A DNA stretch of 64,000 bases from Vicinamibacterales bacterium (GTDB taxonomy: Bacteria; Acidobacteriota; Vicinamibacteria; Vicinamibacterales; UBA8438): positions 819,579-883,578 of the forward strand of contig CBDCTP010000003.1 in assembly GCA_965222265.1 (NCBI GenBank), read 5' to 3'. Shown here piece after piece: positions 9,562 through 18,716 of this stretch. The notes under the pieces were generated by a model. That model ran no database searches and had not been told where the DNA came from. It saw only the letters and a program-made list of their open reading frames with translations. Both the position numbers and the translations under genes were made by a program. Numbering within the stretch: the stretch's first letter is position 1; the number at the start of each line of letters is the position of its first letter.

Positions 9562-9724
9562 CTACAGCTCGGAGGTTGTGCCTTGTCTGATCGCAAGGAC
9601 CGGCACGTTGGCCATGCGGCAGACGCGTTCCGTGACGCTGCCGACGAGCAGCCATTGGGCAGCTGTGCCCCCCGTGACGCCCATGACGATGAGGTCCGGC
9701 TGTCTCTCTTCGGCGAGCCGAGTG
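9562..9724 (-). pseudogene. Tandem-USP gene, C-terminal fragment (split by IS21)
   Basis: ...AEERQPDLIVMGVTGGTAAQWLLVGSVTERVCRMANVPVLAIR; joins in frame with 12259..12989 after removing the IS and one direct-repeat copy. Confidence 0.85.
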
Positions 9725-9869
9725 GTAGCGGCAAGATGAATAGGGACCCCGTGGCCACTTGAAAAAGGACCCCCTGAGCACTCGGAAACGGCGGCTCCCT
9801 GGTCATGATCGACGGGCCGAGACACGGTCGTCTCGTCGACGTGACCAGGAGGACGCGGAGGTGATCAGG

Positions 9870-11342
9870 ATGAGCCAGTGGGCCGAGGTCCGCCACCTGC
9901 ATCTGGTGGAGGGTGTACCGAAGAAGGAGATTGCGCGGCGGCTGCGGTTGGACGTCAAGACCGTGCGCCGTGCCGTAGGCCGGCCGACACCGCCGGCGCG
10001 GGAGTCGGTGCCGCGGGCGAGCAGCCTGGACCCGTGGCGGGAGCAGATCAAGCAGTGGCTGCGCGAGGACCGGCGGTTGACGGCGAAGCGGGTGCGCCGG
10101 TTGCTGTTGCCGTTGGCCGGCGCGGTCTCGCCGCGCACGGTGCGCCGCTACGTCGCGGCGCTGCGGCGGGCCGTTGCACCGAAGGAGGCCTTCGTGCACC
10201 GTAGCACGCTGCCCGGCACGACGATGGAGGTGGACTTCGGCGAGTCGTGGGTCGACATCGCGGGGGCGCCTTACAAGGTCAAGTATCTGGTGGCGACGCT
10301 GCCGTACTCGAATGCGTATTTCGCCAAGGCGTATCCGGTCGAGCGGCTCGAGTCGCTGCTCGACGGCATCGAATCGGCCTTCCGTTATTTCGGGGGCCTT
10401 GTGGATCGCGTCGTCCTCGATAACACCTCGCTGGCGGTCAAGGAGGTGCTGGCGGGCCGCGACCGGGTTCAGACCGAAGCGTTCGAGGCGTTTTGGGGCG
10501 CGTATCCGTTCCGGGCCGAGTTCTGCGCGCCGGCCAAGGGCTGGGAGAAGGGTTCGGTGGAGACGGGCGTCAAGTACGTCCGCAACCTGGTGTTGCGGCC
10601 GCGGCTGGCGGTCGAGAGCTGGACGGCGCTCAACGCGGCGATCGGGGCCGAGCTCGAGGCTGACCTGCCGGCGCGCCACCTCGACGACGGGCGCTCGGTC
10701 GACGCCGCGTTGACGCTCGAGCGGCAGCATCTGCGGGCGCTGCCCGCGCACCTGCCCGCCACCTGCCGGGTCGTCGCGCGGGTGGCCGACAAGTTCGGAC
10801 ACGTGCGGGTGGACCACGTCACCTACTCGGTGCCGATCCGCCACGCCTACCGGCCGGTGTGGGTGAAGCTGTATCACGACCGCGTGGCGATCGCGGTGGG
10901 CGCCGAAGTGGTGGCGCAGCACGCCCGGGCGTTCTCGAGAGGCACGAAGGTCCTCGATGCGTTTCACGTGCTGCCGCTTCTCGAGCGCAAGCACCGGGCG
11001 GTGGCCGAGGCGACGGCGCTCGTCGACTGGCGGCTGGCACCGGTGTGGCAAAAGGTGCGGGCCGAGCTGGCCAGGCACACGCGCAAGCCCGACCAGGAGT
11101 GGGTCCGGATACTACGGCTGATGGAGACGCACCCGGCCGCTGCCGTCGAGCGCGCGGCGGCGACCGCGCTCGAGCGTCATTCGCCGCGCCTCGAGACCGT
11201 GCGGCTGCTTCTCCGCCAGCAGCAGAGCGGCCCGCCGCCGGTGTGCCGGCCGGTGACCGGGGTGCGTCCGGAGCTGGCCGAGATCGTGGTGCCCGTCCCG
11301 ACGCTGTCGGCGTACGACGCGCTGGTGGAGGGCCGTTGCTGA
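9870..11342 (+). CDS. istA: IS21-family transposase IstA
   Basis: HTH N-terminus MSQWAEVRHLHLVEGVPKKEIARRL; DDE core (MEVDFGE...VVLDNTS...KGWEKGSVE). Confidence 0.9.
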   Translation: MSQWAEVRHLHLVEGVPKKEIARRLRLDVKTVRRAVGRPTPPARESVPRASSLDPWREQIKQWLREDRRLTAKRVRRLLLPLAGAVSPRTVRRYVAALRRAVAPKEAFVHRSTLPGTTMEVDFGESWVDIAGAPYKVKYLVATLPYSNAYFAKAYPVERLESLLDGIESAFRYFGGLVDRVVLDNTSLAVKEVLAGRDRVQTEAFEAFWGAYPFRAEFCAPAKGWEKGSVETGVKYVRNLVLRPRLAVESWTALNAAIGAELEADLPARHLDDGRSVDAALTLERQHLRALPAHLPATCRVVARVADKFGHVRVDHVTYSVPIRHAYRPVWVKLYHDRVAIAVGAEVVAQHARAFSRGTKVLDAFHVLPLLERKHRAVAEATALVDWRLAPVWQKVRAELARHTRKPDQEWVRILRLMETHPAAAVERAAATALERHSPRLETVRLLLRQQQSGPPPVCRPVTGVRPELAEIVVPVPTLSAYDALVEGRC

Positions 11343-12130
11343 TGGCAACCACGACTGTCGAGCCCGCCCATCTGGCGGCGGACCTCAAGACGCTGTGCCT
11401 GTCGACGGTCGCCACCCAGTGGCGACCGCTGGCCGAGCAGGCCACCCGCCAGCGGCAGGCGCCGGCCGACTACCTGGCCCAGTTGGTCCACCTGGAGGTG
11501 ACCGGCCGCCGGGAGCGGCGCATCCAACGCCGCATTCAGGATGCCCGCTTCCCGATGCTCAAGACCCTCGACGCCTTCGCGTTCGACGCGCAGCCCGGTC
11601 TCGACCGCGACGCGGTCCTGCAGGTCTTCGACTGCCGCTTCGTCGCCGACGCCGCCAACGTCGTCTTCGTCGGCGGCGTCGGTACGGGAAAGACCCATTT
11701 GTCGATCGCCTTGGGGATGGCCTGCTGCCAGCACGACTACCGGGTGCGGTTCGTGACCGCCGCCGAGCTGGTCACGCTGCTCGTCGAAGCGCAGCAGCAG
11801 GGCCGCCTGCAACGCAAGCTCGACCAGCTCGCCCGCTTCGACGTCGTCATCGTCGACGAGCTGGGATATGTCCCGCTCGACAAGGCCGGCGCCGACCTGT
11901 TGTTCGGCTTCATCAGCCAACGCTACGAGCGCCGCAGCCTGGTGGTGACGACGAATCTGCCGTTCGCGCGCTGGTCCGAAGTCTTCCTCGACCCGACCGC
12001 CGCCGCCGCGGTCATCGACCGGGTCGTCCACCACGCCACCGTGTTGACGACCGCCGGCGACAGCTACCGGCTCAAGGCCGCCACACGCAACCAGGCGCCC
12101 CGCGCGCGACAGGAGGTGCCACGGCAATAG
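11342..12130 (+). CDS. istB: IS21-family helper ATPase IstB
   Basis: Walker A GGVGTGKTH, Walker B VVIVDELGY; ATG overlaps the istA stop. Confidence 0.9.
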   Translation: MATTTVEPAHLAADLKTLCLSTVATQWRPLAEQATRQRQAPADYLAQLVHLEVTGRRERRIQRRIQDARFPMLKTLDAFAFDAQPGLDRDAVLQVFDCRFVADAANVVFVGGVGTGKTHLSIALGMACCQHDYRVRFVTAAELVTLLVEAQQQGRLQRKLDQLARFDVVIVDELGYVPLDKAGADLLFGFISQRYERRSLVVTTNLPFARWSEVFLDPTAAAAVIDRVVHHATVLTTAGDSYRLKAATRNQAPRARQEVPRQ

Positions 12131-12258
12131 CGCTCATCGCGACGTGGCCTCCCGTCGCTACGCTCCGTCCGGCCACGTCGCGATGACCACCACAACCCAA
12201 CAATGGGGGGTCCTTTTTCAAGTGGCCACACGGGTCCCTTTTTCAGTTGCCATTTCCA

Positions 12259-12989
12259 AGCCGAGTGATCTCGGCTGCCGCGCGCCCCTCCATCACGACG
12301 TACCGCATGCCGGGCGGATCGCCAGCCCAGCTCTGAAGCCGTTCGTCGACACGGGCGTGGAGATCACCGTCCACTTCGAAGCGGGTCCCGACGCCGGCCG
12401 CGTAGTACATCGGTGGTAACGGTTCGATGACGTGCAGCACGTCAATGGCTGCGTTGTTCCCGGCCGACAGAGCCATGGCGGCCTCGAGCGCCCGTCTGGA
12501 GCATTCGGAGAAGTCGACGGGGACGAGGAGCTTCACGCACTCGGGGCCGGCCGGTAGCACCGCGTCGGCTCGCACCGTCAGCACGTGACACGGGGCCTGC
12601 CGAAGCACGCGTTCCGCGTTGCTCCCCAGCAGCAGGCGACTGAGCCCGCGGCGTCCGTGCGTCCCCATTACAATCAGGTCAGCGTGCCGTTTCGCTGCCG
12701 CCTCCACGATGGCTTCGTGCGCAGAGTACGTCCGCGCGTCGACCACCTCCACGGCCACCGGCGCGGATGACGAGCGTCGCCCCGCCAACTCGTCCAGCAG
12801 GCGGCGAGCGGACGCGACGTACTCGTCGAGCGCCGCGCGCCGCTCGCGCGAGCCGTCGCCGTGCACCAGTTCGGCGTGCAGGATGACGAGCGTCGCACGG
12901 TGCGCCACTGCGAGCCGCACCGCCACCTCGAGCGCTCGCGCGGCGCTCTCCGAGCAGTCGGTCGGGTGCAGGATTGTCGATAGCGTCAT
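12259..12989 (-). pseudogene. Tandem-USP gene, N-terminal fragment (split by IS21)
   Basis: MTLSTILHPTDCSE...LIVMGTHGRRGLSRLLLGSNAERVLRQAPCHVLTV, then a second USP repeat LLVPVDFSE...AAEITRL; the reading frame runs into the IS and stops at 12243. Confidence 0.85.
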
Positions 12990-13282
12990 CGCCGGCCCCT
13001 TCGTCTCCGCCATCGCTCTTGACGCTAACAAGGTTCGTGCCAAGCTCCCCGGCATGCCCTCGATGCGTCGCGCCCGGTCTCCTATGGAGGGGTGCCCCGT
13101 GGCACTGGAAGGCAGATGCGGGTTATCGCGCACTTGGCCGCGAACAATTTCCCGTTCCACCTCTCCATGACGGTGGTCGAACGGCCGTACGCCCGGCCGC
13201 TCGGCCCGTTGGGTCCGGTGCCAGAATCCGATTCCGAGAATCGCGGACCTGCGTTTGCAAGTGTTTCCAGGGGGGGCATCCA

Positions 13283-13646
13283 ATGAGAGTCGACAGACTG
13301 ATGGCGGCGGACCCGGCCGCGGTGCACCCGGAGGCGAATGTGCGGGACGCGATCGGCCAGATGCGCTCGCACGCGTGCGGGTTCCTGCCGGTGGTCGATG
13401 GCGGCGGCCATGTCGTCGGTATCCTCACCGACCGGGACGTCGCACTGTCCCTTGGTAGGGACGACGTCCGGCCGTCCGATCGCGCGGTGGCCGATGTGAT
13501 GACACCGAATCCCTGCACCTGCCGCGCCGACGAGACGGCTCAACAGGTGCTGAGCCGCATGCGTGACGCGCGAGTGAGGCGACTGCCCGTGGTGGGCAAC
13601 GAGGGACGTCTGGTCGGTGCAATCTCGATTGACGATCTCGTGCTCG
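13283..13646 (+). pseudogene. CBS-pair gene, N-terminal fragment (split by IS21)
   Basis: MRVDRLMAADPAAVHPEANVRDA...FLPVVDGGGHVVGILTDRDV...RRLPVVGNEGRLVGAISIDDLVL; runs into the IS. Confidence 0.8.
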
Positions 13647-13895
13647 ACCTCGGTGGACGGGTCAAAACCGGCCATTAGTGGACACCGCAAATCCGGCCAT
13701 TTCCGGCGTCCCGAGACGGCACGTGAGTTCTACTTCATAGGCTCGCGTAGGCGCAAGGATCTGGGTCTCCTGAAAGTTGGGCCGCAAGGCCCATAGCGGC
13801 TCTCTGAGCGGAGCGACGGGCGGCGTGTCACCCGACAGGGCCGGAGCGCACGCGGAGGACGCGCGCAGCGCGTTGACACGCCGCCCGTCGCGTAG

Positions 13896-14669
13896 CTACT
13901 CGTGACGGAGCCCATCGGTCGACCTCCCACCCGCGGCTGTCTGGACCTTGGTGCGCCAGCTGCGCGGCCCGCACTTGAGCACATGCGCGTGATGGAGCAG
14001 GCGGTCGAGCAGCGCGGTGACGGCGGCGGTGTCGCCGAGCAGCTTTCCCCAGTCGTCGACCGGGCGGTTCGAGGTGAGCAGCGTGGAGGCCCGCTCGTAG
14101 CGGCGCATGATGAGTTCAAGCAGGTCCTCGGCGGCGGTGTGGGGCAGCTTGCGCATGCCGAGGTCGTCGATGATGAGCAGGGGCACGCGGGTCAGCTCGG
14201 CCAGGTAGGCCTTGCGGGTGTCAGCGAGGGTGGCCTCGGCGAGCTCTTCGAGGAAGGTGTGTGCCTCGCGGTAGATGACGCGGTAGCCCTGCTGGATGGC
14301 GGCGCGTCCGATGGCCTGGGCGATGTGGCTCTTGCCCGTACCGGGCGGGCCGATCAGCAGGACGTCTTCGCGCTGGTCGATGAAGCGCGCGGTGGCGAGT
14401 TCGAAGACGAGGGCGCGGTTGATCTTCTTGTTGAAGGCGAAGTCGAAGCCATCGAGCGCGCGGTCGGGGTCGCGGAACCGGGCCTGCTTGTGTCGCCGGG
14501 CGAGCAGCCGGTCCTGGCGCCGTTGGAGCTCGTCGTTGACGAGGGCCGCGAGCAGGTCGATCGGGGCCATCTGGTCGGTCTGGGCTTGGAGCAGGCGCGT
14601 GTCGAGGACGTCGGCCATGCCGGAGAGGCGGAGCTTGCGCAGGGCCTGGTCGAGTTCGACGAGATTCAT
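13896..14669 (-). CDS. istB: IS21-family helper ATPase IstB
   Basis: MNLVELDQALRKLRLSGMADVL..., Walker A GPPGTGKSH, Walker B LLIIDDLG; ATGA overlap with istA. Confidence 0.9.
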   Translation of the reverse strand: MNLVELDQALRKLRLSGMADVLDTRLLQAQTDQMAPIDLLAALVNDELQRRQDRLLARRHKQARFRDPDRALDGFDFAFNKKINRALVFELATARFIDQREDVLLIGPPGTGKSHIAQAIGRAAIQQGYRVIYREAHTFLEELAEATLADTRKAYLAELTRVPLLIIDDLGMRKLPHTAAEDLLELIMRRYERASTLLTSNRPVDDWGKLLGDTAAVTALLDRLLHHAHVLKCGPRSWRTKVQTAAGGRSTDGLRHE

Positions 14670-16258
14670 GACGAGTCTCCTGTTCTGCGGTCGATCAGAT
14701 CGCGGTAGAGGGTCAGTTGCCGGATGAGCGGGTCGACCTGACGCAGTGACAGCGGCGCGACGGGCCGGCGGTCGAGGTAGCGCTTGACGAAGCGGTAGGT
14801 GGGCATGCCAAGTTCGAGTGCGGCCGAGGCGGCCTGTTCGACGACGACGGGGCCGTGCTTCTTGGCGAGGGCGAGGACGCCGAGGATGCGGCGGACGCCG
14901 GCGGCCCCGTCGTGGCGGTGGATGTGGTCGCAGATGGCGGCGATCCCCGGGCCGGCCCGCTTGGCGGCCGCGAGCAGGGCGAGGGTCTTCGGCGGGGTGC
15001 GGGCGGGCCGGTCTGGGTCGGCGATGCGATGCCAGCCCCGCGGCGCGCGCAGGTGCTCGCCGAGGAGCTGGCCGGTGCGGGGGTCGAGCAGGCGGACGTG
15101 GATGTCGTTCCACTGGACGTGGACGCGCCGGCCGATCCAGCCCGGCGGCGCGCTGTAGTAGGCCGAGGCGACTTCGACGCAGCCGTCGAGATGCACGGTA
15201 CGCTGGCCGTACTGGTAATAGCGGAACGGCTCGAGCGGCAGCGGGCCGAGCGCCGGACGCTCTTCGGCAAACATGGCGGCGACCTGGCGCTTGGTCGTGC
15301 CGTGGATGCGCGTGTCGGCCCAGCGCCGCTCCCAGCGGTCGAGGTAGGCCTGGGCCTGGTCGAGTTGCTCGAAGCGGAGGCCGCGCAGCGGGGTCTTCTT
15401 CGCGTGGCCGACGCCGGCCTCGACCTTGCCCTTTCGGTCGGGGTCGCCGACGCGGCACGGCAGGGCGACGACGCCGTAGTGAGCCAGCACGTCGCGGTAG
15501 AGCGGATTGAGCGTCGGGTCGTAGATGTCCGGGGTGAGCACGCCCTCCTTGAGGTTGTCGAGGACGACGACCCGTACGGTGCCGCCCAGCCGCCGAAACG
15601 CCCGCTCGTGGAGCTCGGCCCAGACCTGCGTGCTGGAGCGGTGGACCAGCAGCCGCACCGATTTGCGCGAGTAGCCCAGGGTCAAGACGAAGAGTCGTGT
15701 CCGCCGGTACTTGCCGGTCGCCGGGTCGCGGACCATCGGTCCGTCCCCGTAATCAACTTGACCTTCTTCACCTGGGCCTGTGGTGATGACCACCCGGGCC
15801 TCGACGGCGGGCTGCTGCCGAAGGGTCGCGACGAAGCGCCGCACGCTCGCATAGGCCGCCGGGAAGCCATGGTCATCGACCAGGTCCTGCCAGATGGCCA
15901 TGGCGTTGCGGCCCCGGCCGAGCGCCTCGACGATCAGCTCGCGGTAGGGCTCGCAGGCGCTCGCCCGCGGCGCACGAGTGGGGCGGTCTCCGACCGCGGG
16001 AGTGGCGGTCCCCGTGACGGTGCCGACGGCGGGTTGCGCCGACGAGGGGTCGGTGGACACCGGCGCGGAAATGGCCGGATTTGACGGCCGGGTGCGAGGG
16101 CGGCCGCGGCGCGGCACCACCAGCCCGGCGGCCTTCAGGTAGCCGCTGGCCGTCTCGCGCCGCACCCCGGTCTCCCGTTCGATGCGCCGCAGCGACCAGC
16201 CGAGGCGCCCCAGCGCCAGAACCTGCTGTCGTTTCTCTTCGGTCAAGACGTTGCTCAT
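14666..16258 (-). CDS. istA: IS21-family transposase IstA
   Basis: MSNVLTEEKRQQVLALGRLGWSLRRIERETGV HTH; DDE core (GQVDYGD...VVVLDNLK...GDPDRKGKVE). Confidence 0.9.
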   Translation of the reverse strand: MSNVLTEEKRQQVLALGRLGWSLRRIERETGVRRETASGYLKAAGLVVPRRGRPRTRPSNPAISAPVSTDPSSAQPAVGTVTGTATPAVGDRPTRAPRASACEPYRELIVEALGRGRNAMAIWQDLVDDHGFPAAYASVRRFVATLRQQPAVEARVVITTGPGEEGQVDYGDGPMVRDPATGKYRRTRLFVLTLGYSRKSVRLLVHRSSTQVWAELHERAFRRLGGTVRVVVLDNLKEGVLTPDIYDPTLNPLYRDVLAHYGVVALPCRVGDPDRKGKVEAGVGHAKKTPLRGLRFEQLDQAQAYLDRWERRWADTRIHGTTKRQVAAMFAEERPALGPLPLEPFRYYQYGQRTVHLDGCVEVASAYYSAPPGWIGRRVHVQWNDIHVRLLDPRTGQLLGEHLRAPRGWHRIADPDRPARTPPKTLALLAAAKRAGPGIAAICDHIHRHDGAAGVRRILGVLALAKKHGPVVVEQAASAALELGMPTYRFVKRYLDRRPVAPLSLRQVDPLIRQLTLYRDLIDRRTGDSS

Positions 16259-16367
16259 GCCGCGCAGGAACGTGCAGTTCCCGGTCGGCGTCAACGTCTC
16301 GGGGCGCTATCGGAAATGGCCGGTTTTCAACTGTCCACTAATGGCCGGTTTTGACCGTCGACCGAGG

Positions 16368-16493
16368 GTGCTCGTCGCGCAGAACGTGCGCGCCGGCACC
16401 GACCGCGTATCGTTCGAGCAGGTGTTTGAAGCGGTCAAGGCTCTCTCGGAACGTTCGGTGGGAGCACGATCCGCCGTACGGCAGCGCGCCTGA
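16368..16493 (+). pseudogene. CBS-pair gene, C-terminal fragment
   Basis: VLVAQNVRAGTDRVSFEQVFEAVKALSERS...; same codon phase as 13640-13646, so excising the IS restores a 160-aa ORF. Confidence 0.7.
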
Positions 16494-16609
16494 ACCCCCT
16501 GGAACCGGCATCTGATCCAGGGCCTGCAGAAGTGCAGGACATGGACGAGCTGGCACTTGGGCCGCCGGGTCTCACGCGGCCCTCGAAGCACGTGGCTCGG
16601 GGCGGCCTC

Positions 16610-16987
16610 TACGAAGCTGCACAGCACCATCTCGGCGACCCTGTGTACGGTTCAGCGGAGAGCCTGACCAAGTCGCCCTCGGTGAGGATCCCGACCAGGG
16701 TTGCCGTTCTCGACGACCGGAAGGCACCCGATCTTGCGTTCGTACATGGGTCGCGCCGCATCGGCGAGTGCGGTATCACGTGTGGTTGTCTGGACTTGGT
16801 CGGTCATGACCTTCTTGACGACGACAGACGCCAGCACGCTGTCGCGCGCTCTGGACCCGTAGCCCAGCGCGCGCAGCAGCGCGCTGGAGCAGGTCGCGCT
16901 GGCTCAAGATGCGGACGAGCTTGCCGTGTTCGTCGAGCACACCGGAAGGTATCGGCAACGCTCGGCGTTCATCAGGTCGTCCGCCAC
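16610..16987 (-). pseudogene. Degraded paralogue of the CBS gene at 2945-3382
   Basis: Pieces VADDLMNAERCRYLPV / VLDEHGKLVRILSQRDLLQ / SALLRALGYGSRARDSVLASVVVKKVMTD...KIGCLPVVENGN / LVGILTEGDLVRL lie in at least three frames; the first ~27 codons are missing. Confidence 0.75.
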
Positions 16988-18250
16988 TAGGGGTGCGTCG
17001 AGCCACAGACCAGTGAATCGCGCCCCATTCGCATGGGCAGCATCCCGCACGGCGGCCCGGTCGACCGGCTCGGCGAACACCGCGTCCACGATGACGCCAT
17101 GTCCCGTGCCCAGGATCGCGTCGGCCCTCTCGGCGAGAATGCGGTACACCTCGCGCGTCACGCTTGGGGTGTACCCGCTCGGGGCCAGGCGCCTGCCGGA
17201 GGGCGCTCCCAGCAGGCGCTTGCGTTCGACGTCGCTCCGCACGACGAGGGCGCCTGGGGCCGGTCCGACTGATGCGGCGAGACGCCGTGCCAGCGTCGAC
17301 TTGCCGGCTCCGGACGGTCCGCCGACTGCCACCAGCCATGGGGCGCGCGGCGCGATCAGCGCCTGGGCCAAATCCAAGTACTGCTGCGCCTCGCCGCGAA
17401 GCCCGCTCGCGTCCTCGGTGCGGCGCTGCATCGGGACGGCGGTCGCGTGCGTCATCGCGCGAATGGCGGCGCGTGCCGCCAGAAAGAGAGGCAGCAACGC
17501 CAAACCGCCGATGTCATCCGTTCGCTCGACGTACCGATTGAGCACGGCGTTGGCATGCGACGAGAGGCCCCGATGATGCAGATCCATCAGCAGGAATGCC
17601 AGGTCGTACATCACGTCCACGCATGCGAGGGCCGGGTTGAACTCGATGCAGTCGAACAGGACCGGCTGCTGGCCAAGCAGGCAGATGTTGCGCAGATGCA
17701 GATCGCCGTGGCCGTGCCGCACGAAGCCGGCCGCCCGCCGCGCGTCGAGCCGGTTCTCCTGCCGGACCAGCATCCGGAAGCTGGCAGCCAGGAGTCGCTC
17801 GGCTGTCCCCTGATCCAGCACTCCGGGACCGTGCTCGCGGAGCCCCTTGCGAACACCCCGAAGCACCGCCGCCATGCCATCCCGGCCTCCATGCTCGAAA
17901 CTCCGCTCGGCGATGTCGTGGAGGTCCGCGATCGCGTCGGCGAGCCGCGGCATCAGCGCCTCGTCGAGCACGCCCCGCTCAGCGAGCCGGTCCAGTTGCG
18001 CCTCGGTGTCGAAACGCCGCATCTCGACCAGGTAGTCGACTGCACGGCCCCACCCATCCAATGCGAGCGATCCCGTCGGCGCCTGGCTGACGGCCCGCAC
18101 GCCACGGTACAACTGGGGCGCCGTCCGCCGATTCAGGTAGACCTCCTCCACGCAACCGAAGCAAGATGCGCGCCGGCAACCATCGGCGGACGTACAGATC
18201 CGAGAAATCAGGAGCGAATCGGACGGAGCCGTGGGATGGTGCAACCATGT
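16988..18250 (-). pseudogene. Aminoglycoside-phosphotransferase-like + P-loop kinase (AAA_33-type) fusion protein, truncated at both ends and frameshifted
   Basis: APH-type motifs (GDLHLRNICL, FDCIEFN) then Walker A GGPSGAGKST; the N-terminal piece VRFAPDFSDLYVRR is in another frame (shift near 18170); the C-terminus stops at ...FTGLWLDAPL and reads straight into the CBS remnant. Confidence 0.7.
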
Positions 18251-18269
18251 GGCTCTGGGCCGTTCTTCA

Positions 18270-18400
18270 CCACTACGACCCGGGCGCCGGTCTCGGTCTC
18301 GTGACGGCCCGCCGCATCGTCGAGGCGCACGGCGGCCTGCTGACGGCTCGCCCATGGGCGGGTCGCGGCGCGACCGGGGTGATCACCCTGCCGGCGGCGG
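18270..18400 (+). pseudogene. Histidine-kinase HATPase_c C-terminal remnant
   Basis: DPGAGLGLVTARRIVEAHGGLLTARPWAGRGATGVITLP (G2 box and C-terminal strand) with nothing kinase-like upstream. Confidence 0.45.
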
Positions 18401-18503
18401 CCCCGCCGCTTGCAGCCAGCTTGGGCGGGACCGTGCGCAACCCGCTACGCCGTGCAGCCGACGGCGCGAACCCCGGCGTCCGTATCGGCGTCGCTCCCGC
18501 ACT

Positions 18504-18716
18504 TCACTCACCTCCTGTCACCAAAGACGACACGTAGAGCAGCATGCCCGCGCCGACCAGGACAGTGCCGGGCACCAGGAACAGGAAGAACGAGACGGGA
18601 TGGTTCCAGAAGAACGTGGCCAGCTCCACGGTGAGCCCTGACAGGATCAACACGCCCGACAACTGCAGCCGACCGGGCAGTCCGTCCCGCAGCCCGGGCA
18701 CGCGCACCCGGCTCAT
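18504..18716 (-). CDS. Small two-TM membrane protein, translationally coupled to the NrfH-like gene
   Basis: 70-aa hydrophobic ORF (…VLILSGLTVELATFFW…FFLFLVPGTVLVGAGMLLYV); ATG overlaps the upstream stop (ATGA at 18713-18716). Confidence 0.45.
   Translation of the reverse strand: MSRVRVPGLRDGLPGRLQLSGVLILSGLTVELATFFWNHPVSFFLFLVPGTVLVGAGMLLYVSSLVTGGE

Larger units (their letters stand above)
9725..12258 (+). mobile_element. IS21-family insertion sequence (copy A)
   Basis: Flanked by a 9-bp direct repeat AGCCGAGTG (9716-9724 and 12259-12267); terminal repeats GTGGCCACTTGAAAAAGGACCCC (9751-9773) and its revcomp (12207-12229); carries istA/istB. Confidence 0.9.
13647..16367 (-). mobile_element. 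IS21-family insertion sequence (copy B, unrelated to copy A)
   Basis: 7-bp direct repeat GTGCTCG (13640-13646 and 16368-16374); ~35-bp inverted repeats CCTCGGTGGACGGGTCAAAACCGGCCATTAGTGGACA at both ends. Confidence 0.85.

Noticed and set aside
9192-11078. 628-aa minus-strand ORF
   Set aside because: It is antisense to istA, which has clear IS21 transposase motifs. It has low-complexity Arg/Pro-rich content and no recognisable domain.
13283-13678. Complete 131-aa CBS protein as given by the ORF track
   Set aside because: The last 11 codons and the stop codon lie inside the IS21 terminal repeat. The true C-terminus is at 16375-16493.
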